Below, piece after piece: positions 45,618 to 54,460 of a DNA stretch of 61,609 bases. The DNA is taken from contig JBKHAV010000003.1 of NCBI GenBank assembly GCA_046542715.1, positions 1-61,609 of the forward strand. The letters run 5' to 3'. The position numbers and the translations under genes are program-made. Within the stretch, counting starts at the first letter, position 1. Each line of letters starts with the position of its first letter. Below the pieces are notes generated by a model. The model searched no databases. It saw only the letters and a list, made by a program, of their open reading frames with translations, and was not told where the DNA came from. The DNA is from Desulfovibrionales bacterium (lineage in GTDB: Bacteria; Desulfobacterota; Desulfovibrionia; Desulfovibrionales; JBKHAV01).

Positions 45618-46212
45618 GAAGGTAATGCAGGAGAATGGTTTCGTCGACCAGATGGCCGGACATGACCCTGACAAGCCGTGCACCGGGCAGGGCGGACATG
45701 ATGTCCAGGGATGCTTGAACAGGAACGATGCGGTCGCGTTCTCCATGGACAAGGGTCAGGTTGCCGCAGGAAAGCCCCTGGGGCAGCTCGGCTGTCGATT
45801 GCAGGAGGAAACGCAGTCCTTTGACAAGGGAGGGAGCGTCTGCAGATGCAGACGAGACCGGACCGCCATGGCCGCAGCGCTTCAAGAAACTTTCCACAGT
45901 ACGATCCGGGTCCCTTCCCATGGCCGTGATCATGGCATCAACCCGGGAGCGCGGCATGTACCGGGGGAAAGCGAGAAACGGGGCGACCAGGACGATTCTG
46001 TCGAAGCGGTGGAGCACTTCAGGCAAATGCTTGCAAATGATGTGGGATCCGGTAGACCAGCCCGCAAGGGTGGTTCCGCCCTGCTGCAGAGTCCGGGCGA
46101 TTTCCGCCTCATCATGGTGGAGAAACGGGACCAGAAACCGGCTGGTCGCGGCCAGCCGGGGAAAAAGGGACACCGACCCGGCCCACCCTGAGACAAAGAC
46201 CAGATCATGCAC
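45607..46212 (-). CDS. short alpha/beta hydrolase, candidate pimeloyl-ACP methyl ester esterase (BioH/BioG-like)
   Basis: LVFVSGWAGS and GWSTGS nucleophile elbow. Sits between bioF and bioC. GTG start at 46212 overlaps the bioF stop. Confidence 0.6.
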   Translation of the reverse strand: MHDLVFVSGWAGSVSLFPRLAATSRFLVPFLHHDEAEIARTLQQGGTTLAGWSTGSHIICKHLPEVLHRFDRIVLVAPFLAFPRYMPRSRVDAMITAMGRDPDRTVESFLKRCGHGGPVSSASADAPSLVKGLRFLLQSTAELPQGLSCGNLTLVHGERDRIVPVQASLDIMSALPGARLVRVMSGHLVDETILLHYLHEA

Positions 46213-47386
46213 AACCGAAATCCTTGTGGCAGCGGGTGAATGCTTCCTCCACGGAGTCGAGATCGCGGTCCGAACAGTCGCTGCGCAAAGAGATTCTGAG
46301 CCGGGCCGTCCCTTGGGGGACAGTCGGGGGGCGGACCGCAGCAACGAAAATACCCCTGTCCAGCAGCAGCTTCTGGGCCTGGAGCGCTGCCTGATTTTCT
46401 CCGATGAGAACCGGGATGATGTGGGTCGTGGAGCCGCAGGTGTCAAGCCCGAGGGAATGCAGGGTTTTTCTGAGCCGCTGCGAGATATGCACCAGCCGCT
46501 CGGACCGGGAATGATCCCGGGCAACCTCTTCGAGGGCGGCGAAACTGGCGCCGATCACGGCCGGCGGCAGGGCGGTCGAAAACACAAAGGCCCGGCCCCG
46601 GCTGGTGATCAGGTCGATGACCTCTCTGGGGCCGGCAATATACCCGCCGTAGGAGCCGAACGCCTTGGAAAACGTGCCCATGTGCAGTACGATTCTCCTG
46701 GAAACCCCCTGGGCGAACGCCATGCCCCTGCCTTGTCCGTAAATCCCGGTGGCGTGGGCTTCGTCCACCACGGTAAAGACCTTGTACTGTTCGCAGAGTT
46801 CGCACAAGGCCCTCAGATCGGCCGTGTCGCCGTCCATGCTGAAGACCGTGTCCGTGACAAGGATCTTTCTGGGGTGCTCGCGGTGGGTATGCAGAAGCCG
46901 CTGGAGATGGTCCAGGTCGTTGTGCCGGTATCGGACATGCCTGGCGCCGGATACCCGTATGCCGTCGATAATGGAGGCGTGGTTGAGCCGGTCGGAAAAC
47001 ACCAGGGTGCTGCGGTCGGCCAGGGCTGAAAAGATGGACAGATTGGCTGCAAAGCCGGAGCCCACTACCAGGGCGGCCTCCTGTTCCTTAAAGGCGGCAA
47101 GCGAGGCCTCGAGCTGGTCGTAGAGGGCAAAATTGCCGGTGATCAGGCGCGACGCCCCGCTGGAGGTGCCCCACGCATCCAGCGCTGCGGCGGCACCCTC
47201 CCTGAGGGCAGGGGTGCCGGCAAGGCCGAGATAATTATTGGACGCGAGATTGAGAACGGTTCTGCCCTCATGCAGGAGGTACAGGTCTGCTCCCTGATCC
47301 ACGGGCGGTATCGCTCTGAGCGTGTTTCGGACCCGAAGGGCTTCTCGTTCCGGTCGGACAATGCTGTTCAGGAAATCTGATGCCAT
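46205..47386 (-). CDS. bioF: 8-amino-7-oxononanoate synthase
   Basis: LASNNYLGL, DEAHATG, GTFSKA(F)G PLP-lysine motif. ATG at 47386. Confidence 0.9.
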   Translation of the reverse strand: MASDFLNSIVRPEREALRVRNTLRAIPPVDQGADLYLLHEGRTVLNLASNNYLGLAGTPALREGAAAALDAWGTSSGASRLITGNFALYDQLEASLAAFKEQEAALVVGSGFAANLSIFSALADRSTLVFSDRLNHASIIDGIRVSGARHVRYRHNDLDHLQRLLHTHREHPRKILVTDTVFSMDGDTADLRALCELCEQYKVFTVVDEAHATGIYGQGRGMAFAQGVSRRIVLHMGTFSKAFGSYGGYIAGPREVIDLITSRGRAFVFSTALPPAVIGASFAALEEVARDHSRSERLVHISQRLRKTLHSLGLDTCGSTTHIIPVLIGENQAALQAQKLLLDRGIFVAAVRPPTVPQGTARLRISLRSDCSDRDLDSVEEAFTRCHKDFGCA

Positions 47387-47467
47387 GTTCTTGAAAAGCG
47401 GGTTGGAGTTTTCTAGGCTACACAGATTCACGCAACCATAACAGGAATCAGCTACAAAGGGCGGCGC

Positions 47468-48796
47468 ATGGAAAGACTGCACACCATCTGGCACCCCTGC
47501 ACCCAGATGAAGGACCACGAAACCTATCCCCTCATCTCCATCGAGAAGAGTCAAGGCATATACCTCTACGATGCACAGGGCAACTCCTACATGGACGCGA
47601 TCTCCTCCTGGTGGGTCAACCTGTTCGGCCATGCCAACCCCCGGCTGATCAAGGCCGTGCACGAACAGTTCGAGCGCCTGGAGCAGGTCATTTTCGCCGG
47701 GTTCACCCATCAGCCGGCGGTCAGACTGGCTGAAACGCTCCTGGCGGTGACACCGGAGCCGCTCTCCCACGTGTTCTATGCGGACAACGGTTCAGCCGCT
47801 GTGGAAGCGGCCATGAAAATGAGTTTTGGATATTTCAAGAATCAGGGCCGGCCGGAAAAAAAACGGTTCGTCTATCTCAAGCACGGGTATCACGGGGAGA
47901 CCCTCGGTGCGCTCTCGGTATGCGGCGACGACCTCTTCACCAGTCTGTACAACGAGATCATGGTCGAAAACATCCAGGTGCAGGGGCCGGACTGTTACCG
48001 CTGCCCCTATGGTCGGACCCGGCAGGCGTGCGATCTCGAGTGTTTCGCCCCCATGGCGCAAACCCTGGAAGAACGCCACGGTGAAATCGCGGCTGTGATT
48101 GTCGAGCCCATGGTCCAGTGCGCCGGTGGGTTCAAGATCTACCCGGCAGAGTATCTGCGGCGGCTCAGGCGGGCCACGCAACGCCAGGACGTCCTCCTGA
48201 TCCTGGACGAGATCGCGGTCGGGTTCGGCCGGACAGGGCCCATGTTTGCGGCCGAGCACGCCGGGATCTGCGGCGACCTGGTCTGCGTCTCCAAAGGGAT
48301 CACGTCCGGGACGCTGCCGCTGAGCGCGGTTTTGACCACGGACAGTGTGTATGACTGTTTCTACCATGACTTCAGCGCGCGCAAGGCCTTCCTGCACAGC
48401 CACAGTTACACGGGCAACGCCCTGGCCTGCGCCGCAGGCGTGGAGACCATGCGCATCTTCAAGGAGGAGGACGTGCTCAGGGCCAATGTGCCGAAGTACG
48501 AACTTCTCCAGAAAACCGTCCGGGACAGGTTCCAGGGGGCGCCGCATGTGGGCGAGGTACGGATGCTGGGATGGATCTGCGCGGTGGAACTGGTCAAGGA
48601 TCCCGTATCCAAGGAGCCTTTGGACTGGACGCAGCGCACCGGGTTTCGGATTTACCAGGAAGCGCTCAAGCGGGGCGCGCTCCTGCGCTGTCTGGGGGAC
48701 GTCATCTACTTCATGCCGCCGTATGTGATCACAGAGGAAGAGATCGTCCGGCTGGTCGATATCGCCTTTGCTTCCATGCGCGAGGTGCTGCCATGA
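47468..48796 (+). CDS. bioA: adenosylmethionine-8-amino-7-oxononanoate aminotransferase
   Basis: IWHPCTQMKDH N-terminus, ILDEIAVGFGRTG, VSKGITSG PLP-lysine motif. Confidence 0.92.
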   Translation: MERLHTIWHPCTQMKDHETYPLISIEKSQGIYLYDAQGNSYMDAISSWWVNLFGHANPRLIKAVHEQFERLEQVIFAGFTHQPAVRLAETLLAVTPEPLSHVFYADNGSAAVEAAMKMSFGYFKNQGRPEKKRFVYLKHGYHGETLGALSVCGDDLFTSLYNEIMVENIQVQGPDCYRCPYGRTRQACDLECFAPMAQTLEERHGEIAAVIVEPMVQCAGGFKIYPAEYLRRLRRATQRQDVLLILDEIAVGFGRTGPMFAAEHAGICGDLVCVSKGITSGTLPLSAVLTTDSVYDCFYHDFSARKAFLHSHSYTGNALACAAGVETMRIFKEEDVLRANVPKYELLQKTVRDRFQGAPHVGEVRMLGWICAVELVKDPVSKEPLDWTQRTGFRIYQEALKRGALLRCLGDVIYFMPPYVITEEEIVRLVDIAFASMREVLP

Positions 48797-49407
48797 TCAG
48801 GCTTTTTATCACTGCCACCGATACCGGCGCCGGCAAAACCGTGTTTGCAGGCCTTTTGTGCCGATACTTTCTCGATTTGGACCAAACTGTCAGGTATATC
48901 AAACCGGTGCAGACCGGCCATCCGCCGGATGACGACGCGGCCGAGGTCCGCAAACGCAGCGGTCTGCCTCTGGAGCGGACGCAGACCCTTTTCACCGGAA
49001 AAGAGCCTGTTGCCCCGTGTTTTCTCTTTGATCCTTTCCCTTATGATCAGGTGGTGCAGAGGATCAATGCGGTAAGCGACTGCGACGTCCTCGTGGTGGA
49101 AGGCGCCGGCGGGCTCCTCGTTCCGCTGGATTCCCGCCGGCAGATGTTCGAATTGATCCGGGACTGCCGGCTTCATCCCTTGGTCGTGGTGCCCAACAGG
49201 CTCGGATGCCTGAACCATGCGCAGCTGAACGATCGCTTTCTGAACTCCGAAGGGCTGCCCCTGCACGGGTTTGTCGTGAACAATCATTTTGCCGTGGACA
49301 GCCATTTTCAGGAGCAGAATTTCAAGATGCTTCAAAAGCTTCTTCCCGGCAAAATTCACGCTGTGTTCGACAGGGAACTGGAGCTTCTCGGAAACGGGTG
49401 GGAATGA
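48793..49407 (+). CDS. bioD: dethiobiotin synthase
   Basis: FITATDTGAGKT P-loop, VVEGAGGL. ATGA overlap with bioA. Confidence 0.9.
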   Translation: MIRLFITATDTGAGKTVFAGLLCRYFLDLDQTVRYIKPVQTGHPPDDDAAEVRKRSGLPLERTQTLFTGKEPVAPCFLFDPFPYDQVVQRINAVSDCDVLVVEGAGGLLVPLDSRRQMFELIRDCRLHPLVVVPNRLGCLNHAQLNDRFLNSEGLPLHGFVVNNHFAVDSHFQEQNFKMLQKLLPGKIHAVFDRELELLGNGWE

Positions 49408-49408
49408 C

Positions 49409-50575
49409 ATGCCGGACGCCCGGTTCGACGCAGTGGTTCTGGGGGCCGGTGCTTCCGGGTTGATGACGGCGCTCACCGCCGCAGTCCGTGGTCGGAAAGT
49501 CGCAGTCCTGGACCATATGGACCGAGTCGGAGCCAAGGTCAAAATTTCCGGAGGCGGCCGGTGCAATGTCACCAACAGCGAGGTGGCCCCGGAGCATTAC
49601 TCGAGCGCCAACCCACATTTCGTGAAATCCGCCCTGGCCCGGTTCGGCCCGGGCGAGGTCCTGCGTTTTCTGGACGGATTGCAGATCCGCTACCACGAGG
49701 AGAACGGGGGCAAGATCTTTCTCCTGCAGGGAGGGCGGAAGCTGGTCTCCATGTTGGAAAGGGAGTGTGCCCGGGCAGGGGTGCGGTTTTTTCTGTCAGG
49801 GGAGGTCGGCCGGGTGATGCCGGACAGCGGGAAGTTCCGGATAGATCTATCAGAGGGGACGGTTCACTGCCGGGCGCTGGTTGTGGCCACCGGCGGACTC
49901 TCCTGGCCGAGCCTCGGGGCCAGCGACCTCGGGTATCGCCTTGCCGCACAGTTCGGTCATGGGCTGGTTCCGGTCAGGCCCGGGCTTGTCCCCCTGATCG
50001 TTGACGACCCCGCGTTTTCGGCCCTCAGCGGGATTTCCCTGCCCGCAACACTTACCTGCTGCGACAAAAGGTTTACCGGTCCCCTGCTGTTCACCCACAA
50101 GGGGGTGAGCGGTCCTGTAGTGCTGCAGGCATCCACCTTCTGGACGGAAGGGACCCCAATACAGCTCGATTTCCTTCCCGAGAGGGAGCTGCGGGCATCG
50201 CTGACCGGGCTTTCCGGAAAGATTCTGGTGCGCAACGGGATTGCCCGGTGGATGCCGGCGAGGGCGGTGGGTGCGCTCTTTCCTCGATCGCTCCTGGACA
50301 AGCAAGTTGCCCAGCTCAGCAGGCAGGAGCTGGAACTCTTGTCAAAACTGGCCCATTGCCGTGAAATCCTGCCGCAAGGAACCGAGGGGTTTGCCAAGGC
50401 CGAAGTGACTGCAGGAGGGGTGGACACCCGGGAGGTTTCCTCAAGGACCATGGAATCGGTCCGGGTGAAGGGGCTCTACTTTACAGGAGAACTCCTGGAC
50501 GTGACCGGAATGCTCGGGGGGTACAACCTCCAGTGGGCCTGGTCATCGGGCAGGGCTGCGGGACTGTCGCTCTGA
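49409..50575 (+). CDS. HI0933/BaiN-family NAD(P)/FAD-dependent oxidoreductase
   Basis: DAVVLGAGASGLM, ISGGGRCNVTN and GELLDVTGMLGGYNLQWAWSSG motifs. Starts 1 nt after the bioD stop. Confidence 0.85.
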   Translation: MPDARFDAVVLGAGASGLMTALTAAVRGRKVAVLDHMDRVGAKVKISGGGRCNVTNSEVAPEHYSSANPHFVKSALARFGPGEVLRFLDGLQIRYHEENGGKIFLLQGGRKLVSMLERECARAGVRFFLSGEVGRVMPDSGKFRIDLSEGTVHCRALVVATGGLSWPSLGASDLGYRLAAQFGHGLVPVRPGLVPLIVDDPAFSALSGISLPATLTCCDKRFTGPLLFTHKGVSGPVVLQASTFWTEGTPIQLDFLPERELRASLTGLSGKILVRNGIARWMPARAVGALFPRSLLDKQVAQLSRQELELLSKLAHCREILPQGTEGFAKAEVTAGGVDTREVSSRTMESVRVKGLYFTGELLDVTGMLGGYNLQWAWSSGRAAGLSL

Positions 50576-50578
50576 TCG

Positions 50579-51430
50579 TTATTTGGTCTTTTCCGCGACC
50601 GGCGGCGCAGGACATGGGTCTGGTTCTGCCCCGGCGCGGCCGCGGGCAAGATGTATCAGATGGGTGAACAACCGTCGCTGCCGGGAATGCTGGGGAAGAA
50701 ACTCCGGATGCCACTGCACCCCGATGATGCATCCGCTGTCGGCATGTTCCACTGCCTGCACAACGCCGTTTGGTTCCCGGGCAGCGATACGGATCCCGCT
50801 CCCCACCTCCTTGATCGCTTGTCGATGCAGGGCGTTTACCCGGCACGTTCCGGTGCCCAGAATGTCATGCAGCCGGGTCTCCCCGAGAACACGGATGGTT
50901 TTTTTGGGAAAAACCGACCTGATCTGCGGCGTTTCAGCGTAGAACCCGGAAAGGTCCTGATACAGGGAGCCCCCGAAGAAGATGTTGATGAGCTGGGCTC
51001 CCCGGCAGATGCCAAGGACAGGTATGCCGTGCTCCACAGCCCTGCCCAGAGCGGCAAATTCGAGCTTGTCCCGGTCCTTGTCCATACCGGTCGTCGTCCT
51101 TTTGAGACTGAACAGCCAGCGGACGAGGAAGAGAAAGGGGTAGAACAGGAGTTTGGCGAGGTAGAGCCGAAGGGTGGGCTCATTCTGCTTCAGCTCCTGC
51201 AAAATATCCTCTCGGGATTCCCCGTATTTCTCAGGGTCCACATCCGCGCCTCCGCCGATGATCAGCCCGTCCAGAACCGCATCTTCGTGGGGATGGGCGG
51301 GACGCATCCACAGGGGGCGGCCGCCGGCCCGCTTCACCGCCCATCTGGTGAAGATCCAGGCGGCAAACCCGCCTTTGTCCGGTCCTGTGACCCCTATGAG
51401 CGGCTTTTTGCGTGAGGTCACTCCATCCAT
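50579..51430 (-). CDS. class I glutamine amidotransferase / peptidase C26 (PuuD-like gamma-glutamyl hydrolase) with internal hydrophobic insertion
   Basis: LIGVTG, IIGGGADVDPEKYG, GICRGAQLIN nucleophile elbow, GVQWHPEF. ATG at 51430 overlaps the upstream gene by 13 nt. Confidence 0.8.
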   Translation of the reverse strand: MDGVTSRKKPLIGVTGPDKGGFAAWIFTRWAVKRAGGRPLWMRPAHPHEDAVLDGLIIGGGADVDPEKYGESREDILQELKQNEPTLRLYLAKLLFYPFLFLVRWLFSLKRTTTGMDKDRDKLEFAALGRAVEHGIPVLGICRGAQLINIFFGGSLYQDLSGFYAETPQIRSVFPKKTIRVLGETRLHDILGTGTCRVNALHRQAIKEVGSGIRIAAREPNGVVQAVEHADSGCIIGVQWHPEFLPQHSRQRRLFTHLIHLARGRAGAEPDPCPAPPVAEKTK

Positions 51431-52407
51431 CGAGAAACCCTGTCCGCCCATTTGTTGGAGAAGGGGTTCAAGGTGTCTTTCAGTTCCCTGAACTCTTCGC
51501 CCATGCGCTGCATTTTCTCGCTGTCTTCGGAAAGGTTCTCCACCTCCCACCACAGGTTCCATTCTCGGGCCAGGGTCCAGTCGGGATCGTCGATCAGGCA
51601 GTTCGGCAGCCGGTAGTGGAAGGCAGGACGGGGGTTGATGGCGTGCTGCTGCTTTGCTCCGGCCATGACCATGTCTTCATCGATATGGGCAAGAAGGGGG
51701 AGCAAGTCCAAAGGCCGGTTCCGGGTGGGGTTGAAGATCAGGTAATCGGTAATGAACCGGTCCATGCCCGGTTCGTAGGCCGGGTCCAGGACAAGGCGGA
51801 GGTAGTTGTCCGGAAAGTCGTTGATGAAGGGGGTCAGCCGCCGGGAAAAGTCGATCATGGATTTTTCCCGGATCCATTCCTGGAGCAGGAGGAACGCCCG
51901 AAGGTACCCGAGCACGGTATGCACTTCTGTGTCCGGGACTTCGGGGTTGAGATGCAATCCAAACGCATACACCAGTGACTTCCGTGTCCCCCTTGCTTTT
52001 TGACGTCGGAGTTCTTCCTTGAGTTCTTCCATGCGGTCCATGCTGTCCAGGGGGATGGGCGGAGAGATCACTTCATGGGGCACTATGGTGGAGGCTGCCT
52101 TGAGGAGAAACTCCGCCAGAGACTGGCGCATGTTTTTTTCCTCAAGATCCAGACCCATTCTTTCAAGGTACTCTTCATAGGCCTGGTCCTTGAGAATGGC
52201 CGTATCCACTTCGACGTGGAAATCGCCGAAATCCGATTGCTCCACTGCCCAGGAGAAGGGATTTTTTCTCTGGAGGGTTCCGTTGAAAAGCCGCTGGATG
52301 ATCCGGGCGGCCTGCTCCAGTTCCAGACCTGCGTATTCGATTTCAAATCCGACCCGACGCATGCCTCCGTTCCGGGCATGCATCCGGCCCGGCATTCTGA
52401 ATTTCAT
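51418..52407 (-). CDS. GS-fold amidoligase (Amidoligase_2-like)
   Basis: RRVGFEIEYAG, FHVEVD, HEVISPP and FGLHLNPE segments. AGGAAA RBS. Confidence 0.7.
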   Translation of the reverse strand: MKFRMPGRMHARNGGMRRVGFEIEYAGLELEQAARIIQRLFNGTLQRKNPFSWAVEQSDFGDFHVEVDTAILKDQAYEEYLERMGLDLEEKNMRQSLAEFLLKAASTIVPHEVISPPIPLDSMDRMEELKEELRRQKARGTRKSLVYAFGLHLNPEVPDTEVHTVLGYLRAFLLLQEWIREKSMIDFSRRLTPFINDFPDNYLRLVLDPAYEPGMDRFITDYLIFNPTRNRPLDLLPLLAHIDEDMVMAGAKQQHAINPRPAFHYRLPNCLIDDPDWTLAREWNLWWEVENLSEDSEKMQRMGEEFRELKDTLNPFSNKWADRVSRWME

Positions 52408-52544
52408 GGAATTTTCCTGTAATTCAACATAGATTGGTGGTAGACTAAACCAAATTTATACTGACGTCACGTTTTCCGCGAACGGATATTTTTCCCATTT
52501 TTTGCGGCGGACACTGAACTTCAGATGCTAAAGACGATATTGCC

Positions 52545-54350
52545 ATGAATTTCCTTTCCCGGCTCGCCCGGTCTCTATGGCAGCACTGCTGTACACTGGA
52601 GGACCTCAGAATCCAGGATGTCGTCTTCCTTGCCTTTCCCGTCATCATCGGCCTGGTATCGGCAATGGGCGCATTGCTCTTCAGGACCCTTATCGAGCTG
52701 TTCCAGACCCTGTTCTGGTCCCCTGGGACATCCTTTCTCGATCAGGTCATGCAGACACCGGCCTGGCTCGTCATCGCCATCCCTGTGGCTGGCGGACTCA
52801 TTGCCGGTCCCATAATCACCTTTTTCGTGCCCGAGGCAAAGGGGCCGGGAGTGCCGGAGGTGATCCACTCCGTTGCTGCCCGGCACAGTACCATCAGGCA
52901 CCGGGTGACCGCGCTCAAAGCCCTGGTCACCAGTCTGCTCATCGGTTGCGGCGCTTCCCTCGGGCGTGAAGGCCCGATCATCCAGATCGGTGCCTCTGTG
53001 GGTTCTTCCATTGCCCAGTTCTTCAATCTCAATCCCAATCTCAGGCGGGTCTGTCTGGCCTCAGGCGTTGCCGCGGGCATTTCCGCCACGTTCAACGCCC
53101 CGATTGCCGGAACATTTTTCGCCATAGAAGTGATTTTGCTGGACATTCAAATATCCTATGTCACCCACATCATCATCGCCTCCATCACGGCATCCCTGTT
53201 ATCCCGCATCTTCTGGGGGGATTTTCCAACCTTCGAGGTGGGCCAGTTCCAGATGGTCTCCCAGTGGGAGCTGGGTATCTACCTCATTTTAGGGATCATC
53301 GCAGGGGCTCTGTCCATCGGGTTCGTGAAATCGATCATCGCTACCGGGGACCTGTTCCAGCGTATCCGGATTCCTGACTGGATCAAACCCGCTCTGGGTG
53401 GTTTCGGGCTGGGGATCGTGGGGGTCATGGTCCCCTACGTGCTGGGGGTCGGCTATGAGACCGTCAACCTGACCCTGGCGGACAACATGGGGCTGGTGCT
53501 TGCCCTTGTCGTGATCGTGGCCAAGATCGCCGCCACCTCCCTGTGTATCGGTTCCGGCATGAGCGGCGGGATTTTCGCACCCTCTCTGGTCATCGGGGCG
53601 GCCCTGGGCACACTCATCGATCTCAGTGCAGCCTTTATGTTGCCCGGCCTTGACGTCCACCCCAGTCATTATGCCCTGGCCGGGATGGGGGCCATGGTGG
53701 CCGGTACGACGCTTGCTCCGATCACGGCAGTGATGACCGTGTTTGAACTCACATACAACTACACGATCATTCTGCCCCTGATGGCGTCCTGCATCACCAG
53801 CGCCGTCGTGGTCCGGCTTCTTTTCGGGTATTCCATCTACGAGATCCGGCTCCTGCGTGCCGGGGTCGATATCGTGCGTGGACATGACGTGAACATTCTC
53901 AGGGATCTTCAGGTCCAAAATATCATGGTGCAGGAGTTTGAAACCATCAGGGAAACGGCTCCTTTCAGCGAAGTGCTCGAACGGGTGATCGATTCTTCCT
54001 ACCCCCATTTCGTGGTCCTGGATCACAGGGACGAACTGGCCGGCGTGCTCTCCTTAAGGGATCTCAAGCCGTTTCTCGGCGACTTCGAGGAACTCAGGGG
54101 AAAGAAAGCTGAAGAGTTCATGACCAGAAAAGTGATCACCATCTCAACTCAGGACACCCTGGAAAAAGCGCTGCATCTTTTTGAAAGAAATCACATCTCC
54201 TTTCTGCCGGTGCACCCTCCGGAGCACCCCGGAAAGATTGTGGGCATTCTGCTCAAGGACGATCTCCTGGTGGCGTACGATGAACGAGTCCTCAAAAAAC
54301 GGATTCTTTCCGTCCCCTGGTCAGCAGGGAAGGCAACCAGCCGGAAATAA
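52545..54350 (+). CDS. ClC-family chloride channel/antiporter with C-terminal CBS pair
   Basis: GREGP, GIFAP selectivity motifs; ~10 TM; two CBS repeats at the C-terminus. Confidence 0.9.
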   Translation: MNFLSRLARSLWQHCCTLEDLRIQDVVFLAFPVIIGLVSAMGALLFRTLIELFQTLFWSPGTSFLDQVMQTPAWLVIAIPVAGGLIAGPIITFFVPEAKGPGVPEVIHSVAARHSTIRHRVTALKALVTSLLIGCGASLGREGPIIQIGASVGSSIAQFFNLNPNLRRVCLASGVAAGISATFNAPIAGTFFAIEVILLDIQISYVTHIIIASITASLLSRIFWGDFPTFEVGQFQMVSQWELGIYLILGIIAGALSIGFVKSIIATGDLFQRIRIPDWIKPALGGFGLGIVGVMVPYVLGVGYETVNLTLADNMGLVLALVVIVAKIAATSLCIGSGMSGGIFAPSLVIGAALGTLIDLSAAFMLPGLDVHPSHYALAGMGAMVAGTTLAPITAVMTVFELTYNYTIILPLMASCITSAVVVRLLFGYSIYEIRLLRAGVDIVRGHDVNILRDLQVQNIMVQEFETIRETAPFSEVLERVIDSSYPHFVVLDHRDELAGVLSLRDLKPFLGDFEELRGKKAEEFMTRKVITISTQDTLEKALHLFERNHISFLPVHPPEHPGKIVGILLKDDLLVAYDERVLKKRILSVPWSAGKATSRK

Positions 54351-54460
54351 GAAGATTGAACCGTAAATGGGGAAACGCATTCCCGGTGACCTCAACTCTT
54401 CAGACTTGAAATTTCCCTATTCCTCCTGCATGAATAAAACAATCAGAATCCGGAGAAGCA

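Noticed and set aside
47387-47467. BirA operator (TGTAAACC-type inverted repeat) in the divergent bioF/bioA spacer
   Set aside because: Only a direct GCTACA...GCTACA repeat is present. No inverted repeat resembles known bioO sites.
52408-52544. Fluoride (crcB-motif) riboswitch upstream of the ClC gene
   Set aside because: No GGnGAUGG...CCnCC...GCUGAUGAU-like core is visible. The channel is a canonical CBS-containing ClC rather than a ClC-F type.
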